A stretch of DNA of 64,000 nt, taken from sequence record OW849071.1; one strand, given 5' to 3'. The translations under genes were made by a program, and so were the position numbers. The notes below the pieces were generated by a model. It saw only the letters and a program-made list of their open reading frames with translations. It had not been told where the DNA came from and did no database searches. This document shows, in pieces, positions 9,231 through 19,896 of this stretch; position 1 is the stretch's first letter; each line of letters begins with the position of its first letter. The stretch comes from a plasmid.

Positions 9231-10987
9231 ATGACGATGCCATTTTTACAGAATATCCCCCCGTTTATCTTCTTCACCGGCAAAGGCGGCGTGGGGAAAA
9301 CCTCTCTGGCCTGCGCGACGGCGGTATGGCTGGCTGACCAGGGCCGGAGAACGCTTCTGGTCAGTACCGATCCGGCCTCCAATGTCGGTCAGGTCTTCAG
9401 CCAGACTGTGGGCCACCGGATCACTGGTATCCGCACCGTGGAAAACCTTGCGGCAATGGAAGTTGACCCGATGGCGGCCGCGCAGGCTTACCGCGATCGC
9501 GTGCTCGATCCTGTTCGTGAACTGATGCCTGCCGATGTCATCAGCAACATTGAAGAACAGCTTTCCGGTTCATGTACCACGGAGATCGCGGCGTTTGATG
9601 AATTTACCGCGCTGCTGACCAGTCATGAACTGCGCGAAAAATATGATCATATCGTCTTTGATACTGCACCAACCGGACACACCATCCGTATGCTTGAGCT
9701 GCCGGGCGCCTGGAGCGGGTACCTCGATGCACATCCTGATGCTGCGGCGAACCTCGGCCCTCTGGTGGGGCTGGAGAAACAACAGGACCAGTACGCTGAC
9801 GCAGTGAAAGCCCTCTCTGATACGGCACTCACGCGACTGGTTCTGGTTGCCCGCGCACAGGCGTCGACCCTGAAAGAGGTCTCCCATACCCACGAGGAGC
9901 TGTCGGCTATCGGTCTGCAGCATCAGCACCTTGCCATCAATGGCGTGCTGCCTCCCTTTGCCGGTGAACAGGATCCGCTGGCGCACAGTATTCTGGCGCG
10001 GGAGGAACGGGCCTTACGGGCCATGCCTGAAAACCTCGCGCATCTTCCCCGGTCGATGCTGTATCTGAAGCCTTTTAATCTGGTTGGTCTGGAAGCCCTG
10101 AGGGCGCTGTTTACAGAGAGCACACTTGTTCTGCCGGATCCGGGAGCCACGCTCACGACGGTCGATTTACCGGAGCTTGCCTCCCTGGTGGAGGACCTCA
10201 GCCGAGCGGGAAAAGGGCTGGTCATGACGATGGGAAAAGGGGGCGTGGGGAAAACCACGGTGGCGGCTGCGGTCGCGGTCTCGCTGGCCAGACGCGGTCA
10301 TAAAGTCCACCTGACCACCTCCGATCCGGCAGCCACCTGTCTTACACCCTGGATGGCTCGCTGCCAGGCCTTCAGGTCAGCCGTATCGATCCAAAAGCAG
10401 AGACTGAGCGCTATCGTCGCTTTGTGCTGGAAAATCAGGGAAAAGGTCTGGATGAAGAGGGACTGGCGGTACTGGAGGAAGATCTCCGTTCCCCCTGCAC
10501 CGAAGAGATTGCCGTGTTTCAGGCATTCTCCCGGATCATCAAAGAGGCCAACGACCATTTTGTCATTATAGACACTGCGCCCACCGGGCATACGCTGCTG
10601 TTGCTGGATGCAACCGGGGCCTATCACCGGGAAATGGTGCGCCAGATGGGGCAGGCTCACGATCACGTGATAACGCCAATGATGCAGCTGCAGGATCCGG
10701 AGAAGACCAGAGTCATTATCGTGACGCTTGCCGAAACCACGCCGGTACTGGAAGCGGCCGGGCTGCAGCAGGACTTACGCCGGGCCGGGATTGAACCCTG
10801 GGCGTGGGTCATCAATAACAGCCTCGCGGCCGCGAAGCCGTCCTCCCCGTTCCTGGTCACCCGTGCCCGTCGCGAACTGCCGCTGATCGACGACGTTGCC
10901 GGGCATTATGCACAGCGCATTGCCCTGACGCCACTGCTGAAGGACGACCCGGTAGGCGTGGACCTGCTGGCTGAAATGGCGGGCTGA
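9231..10987 (+). pseudogene. arsA: ArsA arsenite-stimulated ATPase with an internal 1-nt frameshift (ORFs 9231..10571 and 10424..10987)
   Basis: N-terminal half intact (P-loop GKGGVGKTS, DTAPTGH, a second GKGGVGKTT). After ...HLTTSDPAA the frame is lost. Comparison with the intact minus-strand copy shows one C missing (expected gcc cac ctg, observed gcc acc tg at ~10332-10338). The C-terminal half then continues in the other frame to 10987. Confidence 0.8.
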
Positions 10988-11108
10988 CAGGTGGGGCGAC
11001 GCCCTACCTCCACTTAAAACATTTCCTTATACAGGTCATAAGATGAAGCGCTTAATCTGCCGTCGCGAATTCCGGTAGTGTGTCAGTCAACGTCACAGGA
11101 GTCATACA

Positions 11109-11645
11109 ATGCACATTATCAATGCTGAAGAGCAGCACATTCCCGCCATACGGCGCATTTACGCCCATCATGTCCTGCACGGCACAGGCAGCTTCGAGAC
11201 GGAACCCCCGGACACGCAGGAAATGCTTGCCCGGGTGAAAAATGTTCAGTCACGTGGATTTCCCTGGTATATCGCCCTGCAGGGGGAGACGGTCATCGGC
11301 TACTGTTATCTCTCCCGCTACCGCGAACGCCATGCCTACCGGTTTACGGTTGAAAATTCGGTGTACATCGATCCGGCTTATCAGCGGCAGGGGGGCGGAA
11401 AAGCCTTACTCGATCATGCCTTAACATGGGCCCGGTCTCAGGGATACCGCCAGATGATAGCGGTTGTGGGGGACAGTGCGAACGTCGCGTCTGTAGCGCT
11501 GCATCTTCGCGCCGGATTTACTGAAATCGGCACGCTGAAGGACATCGGTTTCAAGCATGGCCGCTGGCTGGACACGGTGTTGCTGCAGCGTCAGCTGGGA
11601 AAAGGGAGCTGTACGCTGCCGGACAGTCCGGTACCCGGACGCTGA
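11109..11645 (+). CDS. GNAT N-acetyltransferase of the phosphinothricin/arsinothricin-acetyltransferase type (ArsN-like)
   Basis: PAT-like motifs (IRRIYAHHVLHGTGSFE, AYQRQGGGKALL). Placed at the end of the plus-strand ars cluster. Confidence 0.7.
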   Translation: MHIINAEEQHIPAIRRIYAHHVLHGTGSFETEPPDTQEMLARVKNVQSRGFPWYIALQGETVIGYCYLSRYRERHAYRFTVENSVYIDPAYQRQGGGKALLDHALTWARSQGYRQMIAVVGDSANVASVALHLRAGFTEIGTLKDIGFKHGRWLDTVLLQRQLGKGSCTLPDSPVPGR

Positions 11646-11649
11646 GGCA

Positions 11650-11677
11650 GGAGAAAGGGGGCATCGCCCCCTTTCGG
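11650..11677. terminator. Hairpin between the convergent GNAT and arsC genes (possible bidirectional terminator)
   Basis: AAAGGGGGC-ATC-GCCCCCTTT stem-loop. The flanking U-tracts are weak. Confidence 0.4.
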
Positions 11678-12103
11678 TTATTTCAGCCGTTTCCCTGCCT
11701 CATCTACTACTTTCTCGCCGTCTTCCTTAGCAAATGCGCCTTTTTGCGCATCCGGAAGAATATCCAGTACCACTTCGGAAGGGCGGCACAGACGCGTTCC
11801 CAACGGTGTCACCACAATCGGACGGTTAATCAGGATCGGATGCTGAAGCATAAAATCGATTAACTGATCGTCAGTAAACTTATCTTCCTCAAGCCCCAGT
11901 TCTTCATAAGGCTCGACGTTTTTGCGCAGCAAAGCCCGGACTGAAATGCCCATATCTGCAATGAGTTTGACCAGCTCATCGCGTGACGGTGGATTTTCAA
12001 GGTAATGAATAACGGTCGGTTCATTACCACTGTTGCGGATCATCTCCAGCGTATTACGCGACGTGCCGCAGGCCGGGTTGTGATAAATGGTGATGTTGCT
12101 CAT
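11678..12103 (-). CDS. arsC: Arsenate reductase (glutaredoxin-coupled, R773 type)
   Basis: 141 aa, N-terminal MSNITIYHNPACGTSRNTLEMIR with catalytic Cys12. Confidence 0.9.
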   Translation of the reverse strand: MSNITIYHNPACGTSRNTLEMIRNSGNEPTVIHYLENPPSRDELVKLIADMGISVRALLRKNVEPYEELGLEEDKFTDDQLIDFMLQHPILINRPIVVTPLGTRLCRPSEVVLDILPDAQKGAFAKEDGEKVVDEAGKRLK

Positions 12104-12115
12104 ATCAGTATCTCA

Positions 12116-13405
12116 TTACAAAGTGAAAGAGAGACGTAGCGCCAGCGCTGCCAGCGTTACAAACAGCACAGGCAGAGTCATGACGATCCCGGTGCGGAAA
12201 TAGTATCCCCAGGTGATGGTCATATTCTTCTGTGAAAGGACATGCAGCCAGAGCAGCGTTGCCAGGCTACCAATAGGTGTAATTTTAGGTCCCAGATCGC
12301 AGCCAATCACGTTGGCGTAGATCATCGCTTCTTTGATAACGCCTGTTGCGGTGCTTCCATCGATAGAAAGAGCGCCAACCAGCACGGTAGGCATGTTGTT
12401 CATGATGGAAGACAGGAAAGCCGTCAGGAAGCCAGTACCCAGCGTTGCAGCCCAGAGTCCTTTATCCGCAAGTACATTCAGCACACCTGAAAGGTATTCG
12501 GTTAGCCCGGCGTTGCGCAGACCGTAGACCACCAGGTACATCCCCAATGAGAAGATGACGATCTGCCATGGCGCACCGCGCAGCACTTTGCCAGTTTTAA
12601 TGGCATGGCCTCGTTTAGCTACTGCAAACAGGATCACAGCTCCAACAGCCGCAATCGCGCTAACGGGAATACCAAGCGGCTCAAGGACAAAGAACCCAAC
12701 CAGCAGAAGTATTAAAACTATCCAGCCGGTTCTGAAGGTTGCCAGATCTTTAATCGCTTTTGCCGGTGCTTTCAGAAGAGCCAGGTCGTAAGTCGGTGGG
12801 ATATCCTTGCGGAAGAACAAATGCAGCATAACCAACGTGGCAACAATGGCTGCAATATCCACCGGCACCATTACCGACGCATACTCGGTGAAGCCCAGTC
12901 CAAAGAAGTCTGCAGAAACGATGTTAACCAGGTTGGACACGATAAGCGGCAGGCTGGCTGTATCGGCAATAAACCCGGCAGCCATGACGAATGCCAGTGT
13001 CGTGCCTTTGCTGAACCCTAATGCCAGCAGCATGGCGATGACTATCGGCGTCAGAATAAGTGCCGCACCATCGTTGGCAAACAGTGCCGCCACCGCTGCA
13101 CCAAGCAGAACGATATACGTAAAGAGCAAACGGCCACGACCGTTACCCCAGCGCGAAACATGCAATGCCGCCCATTCGAAAAAGCCGGACTCATCAAGCA
13201 GCAGGCTGATAATAATCACGGCAATAAAGGTCGCCGTCGCGTTCCAGACGATATTCCACACCACCGGAATATCGCCCACATGCACAACGCCAGATATCAG
13301 AGCCAGTCCCGCGCCCAGCATTGCACTCCAGCCGATCCCTAATCCCTTTGGTTGCCAGATAACCAAAACAATGGTCAGGACAAAAATAGCGCCTGCCAGT
13401 AACAT
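12116..13405 (-). CDS. arsB: Arsenite/antimonite efflux pump ArsB
   Basis: 429 aa, 12-TM ArsB-family sequence. Confidence 0.9.
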   Translation of the reverse strand: MLLAGAIFVLTIVLVIWQPKGLGIGWSAMLGAGLALISGVVHVGDIPVVWNIVWNATATFIAVIIISLLLDESGFFEWAALHVSRWGNGRGRLLFTYIVLLGAAVAALFANDGAALILTPIVIAMLLALGFSKGTTLAFVMAAGFIADTASLPLIVSNLVNIVSADFFGLGFTEYASVMVPVDIAAIVATLVMLHLFFRKDIPPTYDLALLKAPAKAIKDLATFRTGWIVLILLLVGFFVLEPLGIPVSAIAAVGAVILFAVAKRGHAIKTGKVLRGAPWQIVIFSLGMYLVVYGLRNAGLTEYLSGVLNVLADKGLWAATLGTGFLTAFLSSIMNNMPTVLVGALSIDGSTATGVIKEAMIYANVIGCDLGPKITPIGSLATLLWLHVLSQKNMTITWGYYFRTGIVMTLPVLFVTLAALALRLSFTL

Positions 13406-13452
13406 AAAACCTCCTGACAGGGCGACTTTGTCGCCCTGTAGATGTCAAAAAA

Positions 13453-15204
13453 TTAACTCATCAACTCTCTGAGCTTTTCAATACCGGCGGGCTCTGACGC
13501 CAGCACCGGAACAAGCGCTATACGGTCAGCATGCTGATTCTTAACAGCCTCAATCTGAGGCAGTTCCTGTTGAGCACGCTGACAAAGCAACGGAGAACGC
13601 GTATCCGCAATGGAAAGGCTGTTATTGATAATCCAGCCCCACGGATGAATCCCCGCTCTTTCAAGGTCAGCCTGCAGGTTTGCCGCTTCCAGCACCGGTG
13701 TGGTTTCAGGAAGCGTAACCAGCAGAACTTTGGTTCTATCCGGGTCCTGAAGCTGCATCATGGGGGTAGTAAAATGACCTTTACTCCCCATTTTTTTGGC
13801 AATCTCTCGGTGATAAGCCCCGGTCGCATCCAGCAACAGCAGCGTGTGTCCGGTAGGGGCGGTATCCATGACAACAAAGCGCTTACCCGCTTCACGAATC
13901 ACACGGGAGAAGGCCTGAAACACGGCAATTTCTTCAGTACAGGGAGAGCGTAAATCCTCTTCCAGTAACCGTTTCCCTGCTTCGTCCAGATCTCTTCCCT
14001 TCGTCTCAAGAACATGCTGGCGATAGCGTTCGGTTTCATCGTGAGGGTTGATGCGGCTGACCTGCAGGTTTTTGAGGCTGCCGTTCAGCGTTGTACTCAG
14101 GTGCGCAGCAGGATCAGAGGTCGTGAGATGCACGTCAAATCCCATGTCGGCCAGCCTGACGGCGATGGCGGCAGCCATCGTGGTTTTCCCTACACCACCT
14201 TTGCCCATCAGCATAATCAGGCCGTGTTCACTGCGAGCGATATCATCGACCAGGCCAGAGAGTGATAAGTTTTCAGGCGTGTACAGGATGTTCGTTACCG
14301 GGAGCGGTAATGCCTCAGAACGGGTAGCCAGCAGTCCCTTCAATGCTGAAACACCAACCATATTGACTGGCTGGAGTAACAGGGTATCTGTCGGTAGCTC
14401 AGATAAACCGGCAGGAAGATTTGCCAGTGCCTCCTGCTCACGTTGCCATATCGCCGCGGCCAGGGCGTCATGTTCAGCTTCGGCTTCAGGCAGCACACCA
14501 TTAATCACCAGATATTGATTTTTCAGGCCAATCTCAGCCAGTTCCTCATGAGTGCGGGCGACTTCCTGCAGCGTAGAATTTTGCAGTCGTGCAACCAGAA
14601 CCAAGCGGGTACGTTCAGGGTCGGATAACGCCTCTACCGCATGAGCATACTGCTCACGCTGCTTTTCCAGCCCGGCCATCGGGCCAAGACAGGAGGCACC
14701 ATCTGGATTGCTTTCAATAAAGCTACTCCAGGCACCAGGAAGCTGGAGAAGGCGAATCGTGTGGCCCGTCGGCGCGGTATCAAAAATGATGTGATCGAAA
14801 CGGGTCAGCAGGGAAGCGTCTGTCAATAAGCCGGTGAACTCATCAAACGCCGCAATCTCAGTGGTGCAGGCTCCTGAAAGCTGCTCGCTGATACTGTTAA
14901 CAACGTCATCAGGCAGAAGACCTTTGATAGGATCAACGATTCTGGCCCGATATTGCCGGGCGGCTTCCTGCGGGTCAATCTCCAGAGCAGAAAGCCCAGG
15001 AACTGCTGTCACAGGGCGAATCGTGTTACCGATAGCCAGATCGAATACCTGACCGACATTGGAGGCCGGGTCGGTACTGACCAGCAAAACCCGCTTACCC
15101 TGTTCGGCAAGGTGGATAGCCGTCGCGCAGGAAATGGAAGTTTTTCCTACACCACCCTTGCCAGTAAAAAACAGGTAAGGCGGGATATTCTGTAATAATT
15201 TCAT
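13453..15204 (-). CDS. arsA: Arsenite-stimulated ATPase ArsA (intact copy)
   Basis: 583 aa from MKLLQNIPPY. Duplicated halves, each with a P-loop and DTAPTGH signature. Confidence 0.9.
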   Translation of the reverse strand: MKLLQNIPPYLFFTGKGGVGKTSISCATAIHLAEQGKRVLLVSTDPASNVGQVFDLAIGNTIRPVTAVPGLSALEIDPQEAARQYRARIVDPIKGLLPDDVVNSISEQLSGACTTEIAAFDEFTGLLTDASLLTRFDHIIFDTAPTGHTIRLLQLPGAWSSFIESNPDGASCLGPMAGLEKQREQYAHAVEALSDPERTRLVLVARLQNSTLQEVARTHEELAEIGLKNQYLVINGVLPEAEAEHDALAAAIWQREQEALANLPAGLSELPTDTLLLQPVNMVGVSALKGLLATRSEALPLPVTNILYTPENLSLSGLVDDIARSEHGLIMLMGKGGVGKTTMAAAIAVRLADMGFDVHLTTSDPAAHLSTTLNGSLKNLQVSRINPHDETERYRQHVLETKGRDLDEAGKRLLEEDLRSPCTEEIAVFQAFSRVIREAGKRFVVMDTAPTGHTLLLLDATGAYHREIAKKMGSKGHFTTPMMQLQDPDRTKVLLVTLPETTPVLEAANLQADLERAGIHPWGWIINNSLSIADTRSPLLCQRAQQELPQIEAVKNQHADRIALVPVLASEPAGIEKLRELMS

Positions 15205-15221
15205 ATGTCCTCCTGACATAT

Positions 15222-15584
15222 TCAGCAACAGGAAGTATTACCACCACAGCAACTGGTGGGAGCTAACCCTACCTTCTCCAGCGGAATACCGAACCAGCGA
15301 GCCAGCTCAGCGCGTTTTGGGTATCGCCCAGCCATCACCGTTTCGCCGTCCAGCAACAGCAGCGGAAGCCCTTCTGCGCCGGATGCATCGAGGAAGGCTT
15401 TCGCTTTCTCATTGTGAACAAAGCTCATGGGCTGCTGCGCCAGGTTGTAACGTTCAACCTGTACGCCACGTCCTTTCAGCCACTGCATATCAGCAGAAAA
15501 ATCAACCAGAACCTGATCGACATCTGAACCACATACACCGGTACTGCAGCACATTGCCGGGTCAAACACCGTTAACGTCTTCAT
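15222..15584 (-). CDS. arsD: ArsD metallochaperone/repressor
   Basis: 120 aa. MKTLTVFDPAMCCSTGVCG (Cys12, Cys13, Cys18) and C-terminal Cys pairs. Confidence 0.9.
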   Translation of the reverse strand: MKTLTVFDPAMCCSTGVCGSDVDQVLVDFSADMQWLKGRGVQVERYNLAQQPMSFVHNEKAKAFLDASGAEGLPLLLLDGETVMAGRYPKRAELARWFGIPLEKVGLAPTSCCGGNTSCC

Positions 15585-15633
15585 TCTGAATACCTCATAC
15601 ATTCGAAAAAACACATATGTTCAGGCAAATTTT

Positions 15634-15984
15634 TTAGATGCAAACAGCCTTACCGCTACCAGAGCAGTTTGCCGATGCCAGCTTACGGGCGATGGCCTGT
15701 ACGTCGTCCTGTTGGCTTAACCAGGCCTGCTCAATCACCTGAGCAGCCCAGGAAGGAATATGCGGGGATAAGCGATAATGAACCCATTTCCCCTGCTTGC
15801 GATCCAGCAATAGACCGCTTTCCCGGAGCATTGCCAGATGACGGGAGATCTTGGGCTGGGACTCATCCAGCGCCGTGCAGAAATCGCAGACGCACAGTTC
15901 TCCCAGCTCCCTGAGCAGCAGGACAATACCCAGACGGGTTTCATCGGACAGGTTTTTGAAAAGCTTAAGGGCTGTAAGGGGCAT
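15634..15984 (-). CDS. arsR: ArsR repressor (R773 type)
   Basis: 117 aa from MPLTALKLFKN. Contains the ELCVCDFC As(III)-binding motif in the HTH region. Confidence 0.9.
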   Translation of the reverse strand: MPLTALKLFKNLSDETRLGIVLLLRELGELCVCDFCTALDESQPKISRHLAMLRESGLLLDRKQGKWVHYRLSPHIPSWAAQVIEQAWLSQQDDVQAIARKLASANCSGSGKAVCI

Positions 15985-16183
15985 TATTCCTCCTGTTCGG
16001 TTGCGTAAAGCATACGCCCGAAGACAAAAAAAACAACCATATATTCGGAAAATCGAATGTGTGAAAGTGTCAGATGACGCTGTCACGCTGGTATACGTCC
16101 ATTACTTTCCGGGGAAAATACATGTGTGTTACAGAGATCCGACTTAGCCAGAAATCGGATCTGCGCGGCGGGAAACCGGTAAG

Positions 16184-16304
16184 TGATATGATAATTAAGT
16201 CACACTCACAAAATCATACTTGATATGATATTTATCATTAACCGCATAATAATATCTGATATGATGTTTAAATGATGAATAACAAATCATATATAATATG
16301 ATTT
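16184..16304. repeat. Four direct repeats of TGATATGAT/AATATGATT at ~37-bp spacing, plus an ATCATAT-A-TAATATGAT palindrome
   Basis: Copies at 16184-16192, 16221-16229, 16257-16265 and 16296-16304. Palindrome at 16286-16302. They lie in the AT-rich divergent intergenic region between arsR (minus strand) and ORF 16342 (plus strand). Confidence 0.6.
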
Positions 16305-16341
16305 ATCTTCTTTAATCACATAATCAGACGGAGCGTGCAGG

Positions 16342-16611
16342 ATGGATGAGAAAGTATTCTTTCACCTGAGTTATGAAACCATGCTTGGCGACACGGAAGA
16401 TTTTATTAACGCGTGTCTTGAACGGGCAAACCGTGCGGACTGCAATGATGCCGATGCGGAGATTGCCCGGGCACGCAGCGCGATCGAACTCTGGTACCAC
16501 CTGGCGATGGCGGGCCGTGCCCCGGAAGACGTCGCCGACAGGGACCATCTGCGCCTCACCGGAATGCTCCTGCGCGCTCCCACAGCAGAACAACGTTCAT
16601 GGCAGCAGTAA
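16342..16611 (+). CDS. Hypothetical protein (89 aa)
   Basis: ATG ORF following the repeat region. No homology that I recognise. Confidence 0.4.
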   Translation: MDEKVFFHLSYETMLGDTEDFINACLERANRADCNDADAEIARARSAIELWYHLAMAGRAPEDVADRDHLRLTGMLLRAPTAEQRSWQQ

Positions 16612-17174
16612 CAACCTCCCGCAGGCCGTCGCCGCTGCAGCGACGGGTACTGATTGTGCTGGCCGCCCTCGATGCGAAACGTCCGGGGCCGGTGGCGACG
16701 CGGGATATCGAGCGGGTGCTGGAGCAGGGCGGGGACGCCCCGGTGTACGGACCGAACCTGCGCGCCTCCTGCCGGCGCATGGAAGCCGCGGGCTGGCTGC
16801 GCACCCTGCGCGCGCCGAACCTGCAGCTGGCCGTCGAGCTGACGGAGGCCGGTCGCGGCATTGCAGAACCGCTCTTCCAGGCAGAACGCGAGGCTGAAAC
16901 GGCACGACAACGACTGACCGACGTCCGGCGTCTGCCGTTACGCCAGACGGCTGCCGGTGACGCGGTGGAGCTGCAGCTGGGTGACGGCCATTACACCATC
17001 AGGGAAGCGGCCTACGTGATCCGTCTGGACGGTACCACCTGCCTGCAGCTGACGGATGCCGGCGGCATACGCCGGATAAAAGAGGGCGATCCCCTGCAGG
17101 TGGCCAGCTGGTATCAGGCCTGTTTTGATGCAGGCCTGCCGGTCATCGTTCAGGTGAATGAGAGCCGGGACTGA
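16599..17174 (+). CDS. Hypothetical protein with a probable N-terminal winged-helix domain, in a very GC-rich gene
   Basis: 191 aa. N-terminus RRPSPLQRRVLIVLAALDAKRPGPVATRDIERVLE. GC content far above its neighbours, and the many overlapping spurious ORFs on both strands are typical of high-GC coding DNA. Confidence 0.5.
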   Translation: MAAVTTSRRPSPLQRRVLIVLAALDAKRPGPVATRDIERVLEQGGDAPVYGPNLRASCRRMEAAGWLRTLRAPNLQLAVELTEAGRGIAEPLFQAEREAETARQRLTDVRRLPLRQTAAGDAVELQLGDGHYTIREAAYVIRLDGTTCLQLTDAGGIRRIKEGDPLQVASWYQACFDAGLPVIVQVNESRD

Positions 17175-17204
17175 TCGCCACCACACAAGGAACAGGAGCA
17201 TAAA

Positions 17205-17699
17205 ATGAAAGTCACTGAACCCGGACTGAATACGCTGATCGATAACCTGAACACCCTGATTTGTGAGGACAGCCTGCTCACGCGCCAGGAGCGTGAAACC
17301 CTGGTGCGGGCCGTGGCGGCCATCGGCGCCATGAAAGCACGCGTCAGCATGAAAAAAGGCGAAGCGCCGACCGTTGCCAGACGGGAAAAAAGGGAGAAAA
17401 AAGACCGCCAGCCTGATCCGCGTTTTCCGCGAGCCGGTCATCCCTGGCAGGAAGACGAAAAAACCTTACTGAGTGATGCGCTTGAACCGGTCCCGGATGA
17501 AGAGATCGGTACGCATCTTTTCTGGCTTTCCGAGAAACTGGGCAGAACGCCTTTCAGTGTTGCTTTCCAGATCGCGGCAATCAGGGAGCTGCAGGACGGC
17601 TGGGAGGAGCAGTTCAGGGAGATTTCGGATAAAATTCGCTTGTCCGGCCTGAGCATCAGTGATTATCTGAAGCAGAACGGCACGGGCCATAACGCCTGA
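17205..17699 (+). CDS. Hypothetical protein (164 aa)
   Basis: ATG ORF with an upstream AGGA. Charged, Lys/Arg/Glu-rich middle region. Confidence 0.5.
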   Translation: MKVTEPGLNTLIDNLNTLICEDSLLTRQERETLVRAVAAIGAMKARVSMKKGEAPTVARREKREKKDRQPDPRFPRAGHPWQEDEKTLLSDALEPVPDEEIGTHLFWLSEKLGRTPFSVAFQIAAIRELQDGWEEQFREISDKIRLSGLSISDYLKQNGTGHNA

Positions 17700-17739
17700 A
17701 GAAATTTGCGTTACAGAAAAATTATATAACTGAGGGGCA

Positions 17740-18111
17740 GTGATGAAAACAGCGATATGGGTGGTGGTGTATTTCACGATGTGTTTTCTGCTTTTCACAG
17801 GCTGGATTTTCGCCTTTGCGCAGTATGCGCCCTATAACGGGCAGGAACACGCGTTTTCTCTGACGTATCTGCTTAATTTATTTTTTCTTCATGTAGTGAT
17901 GGTACCTTACTACGAGTTTTTTCAGACTGAAATATACAGCAATGTATTAATGAGTCTGGCAGATGAATCCGGTCAGATGATACGTTTTCATCACGTGGTA
18001 CCTGTTCTAGGGATATATAGTCTGTCCGCACTCTTAACTTTTGTAGGTTACATCATATATGCAAAATGGTTCACTCATAACCGGCTGAAAGGAAATCTTC
18101 TTCCAAAATGA
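17740..18111 (+). CDS. Hypothetical membrane protein (123 aa, ~3 TM)
   Basis: Hydrophobic segments. The gene is AT-rich. Confidence 0.45.
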   Translation: MMKTAIWVVVYFTMCFLLFTGWIFAFAQYAPYNGQEHAFSLTYLLNLFFLHVVMVPYYEFFQTEIYSNVLMSLADESGQMIRFHHVVPVLGIYSLSALLTFVGYIIYAKWFTHNRLKGNLLPK

Positions 18112-18144
18112 AATTACCGGGACACCTCAGGATATAAAAAACCA

Positions 18145-18348
18145 ATGACGAAACAGGAATGGATTTTAAGACTACGCCGCTGTACATCTAAGGAAACTCT
18201 GGAAAGGATAATAGAAAAAAATAAATATTCCCTGACGGATGACGAACTTGAGCACTTTAATGCCGCAGTGGATCACCGGCTGGCGGAAATGGCAATGGGG
18301 AAGTTTTATGATAAAATTCCTGCAGGCGTCTGGAAATATGTTAAATAA
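18145..18348 (+). CDS. hha: Hha/YmoA-family haemolysin-expression-modulating (H-NS-interacting) protein
   Basis: 67 aa. RLRRC...LERIIEKNKY.L.D.EL..F..A.DHRLAE....K.YDKIP..VWK.V matches the Hha family. Confidence 0.8.
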   Translation: MTKQEWILRLRRCTSKETLERIIEKNKYSLTDDELEHFNAAVDHRLAEMAMGKFYDKIPAGVWKYVK

Positions 18349-18396
18349 AACAGCCAGCATCAGTCTGTTCGCAGTTATCTCACCTGGAGCGCAATC

Positions 18397-18654
18397 ATGA
18401 ATATGATATTTGAACTGATTGGATTGTTACTTGTAGTCGGATGCGCATTCTTCACCACTTTTTTCTTAGCCGCAGTAGCAGGCACTATGGTAGTTATTTT
18501 TGGGTGGGGAATTTCTATTGTCACCCCGAAGTTGGTTACCTGTACTAATGATTGCATCACTACTGTTTTTGATGCCAAACCCTTTGGCTGGCTTCTGATT
18601 GTGTTTTCATTAACCATGATGTTCTTTATTATCAGAGGTATGATTAAACGTTAG
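18397..18654 (+). CDS. Small hydrophobic protein (85 aa, 2-3 TM)
   Basis: Strongly hydrophobic ORF in the AT-rich backbone region. Confidence 0.4.
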   Translation: MNMIFELIGLLLVVGCAFFTTFFLAAVAGTMVVIFGWGISIVTPKLVTCTNDCITTVFDAKPFGWLLIVFSLTMMFFIIRGMIKR

Positions 18655-18711
18655 ATTGCCTTTAGTGTGTAGTTAAATCATCATCATAACAGCGTTAATC
18701 TGAAACTGATA

Positions 18712-18984
18712 TTGCCGGAGGGGATCATCATGACGGGAAGAGGCATTAACACAGTACGTATCGGCGATGAAGTGAAGCACATCACCGAGCTCGATGCACT
18801 AACACTCATGCATGAATGGTCAAAGCTTAAAAAAGAAAATGCAGACCTGTATGACTATAACGGTCAGGTTAACCGGGGGTGGCGCGGCTTTATTCTTCGC
18901 ATGATGGGTATCCATTTGCCTGATAACGACCGTGTTCGTCTTCAGGGCATTAATGCCAGAAAAGACTCCATCTATCCAGAATGA
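18712..18984 (+). CDS. Hypothetical protein (start ambiguous, 18712 or 18730)
   Basis: ORF with no homology that I recognise. Confidence 0.4.
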   Translation: MPEGIIMTGRGINTVRIGDEVKHITELDALTLMHEWSKLKKENADLYDYNGQVNRGWRGFILRMMGIHLPDNDRVRLQGINARKDSIYPE

Positions 18985-19159
18985 AGCCACGCCTGCAGCG
19001 ATAATGAGCTGACTATTGCAGAAGATCAGCCATCATCTTTCATTAAATGTATGATATTTAACATAAAACGCATTATCGGTACTTTGAAGTGTATAGCATT
19101 TGCTATACGTTCGTGTTGTGTTATTCTTGTATATCAATTGCTATACAAGAGAGGTGTGT

Positions 19160-19896
<737 letters not shown>

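Noticed and set aside
12807-13472. 221-aa plus-strand ORF and other ORFs inside arsB/arsA
   Set aside because: Antisense to well-supported arsB/arsA coding sequence.
16371-16910. Multiple overlapping 100-190 aa ORFs on both strands over 16370-17440
   Set aside because: Artefacts of the GC-rich gene 16599-17174. Only the plus-strand frame gives a non-repetitive protein with a start codon and a sensible operon position.
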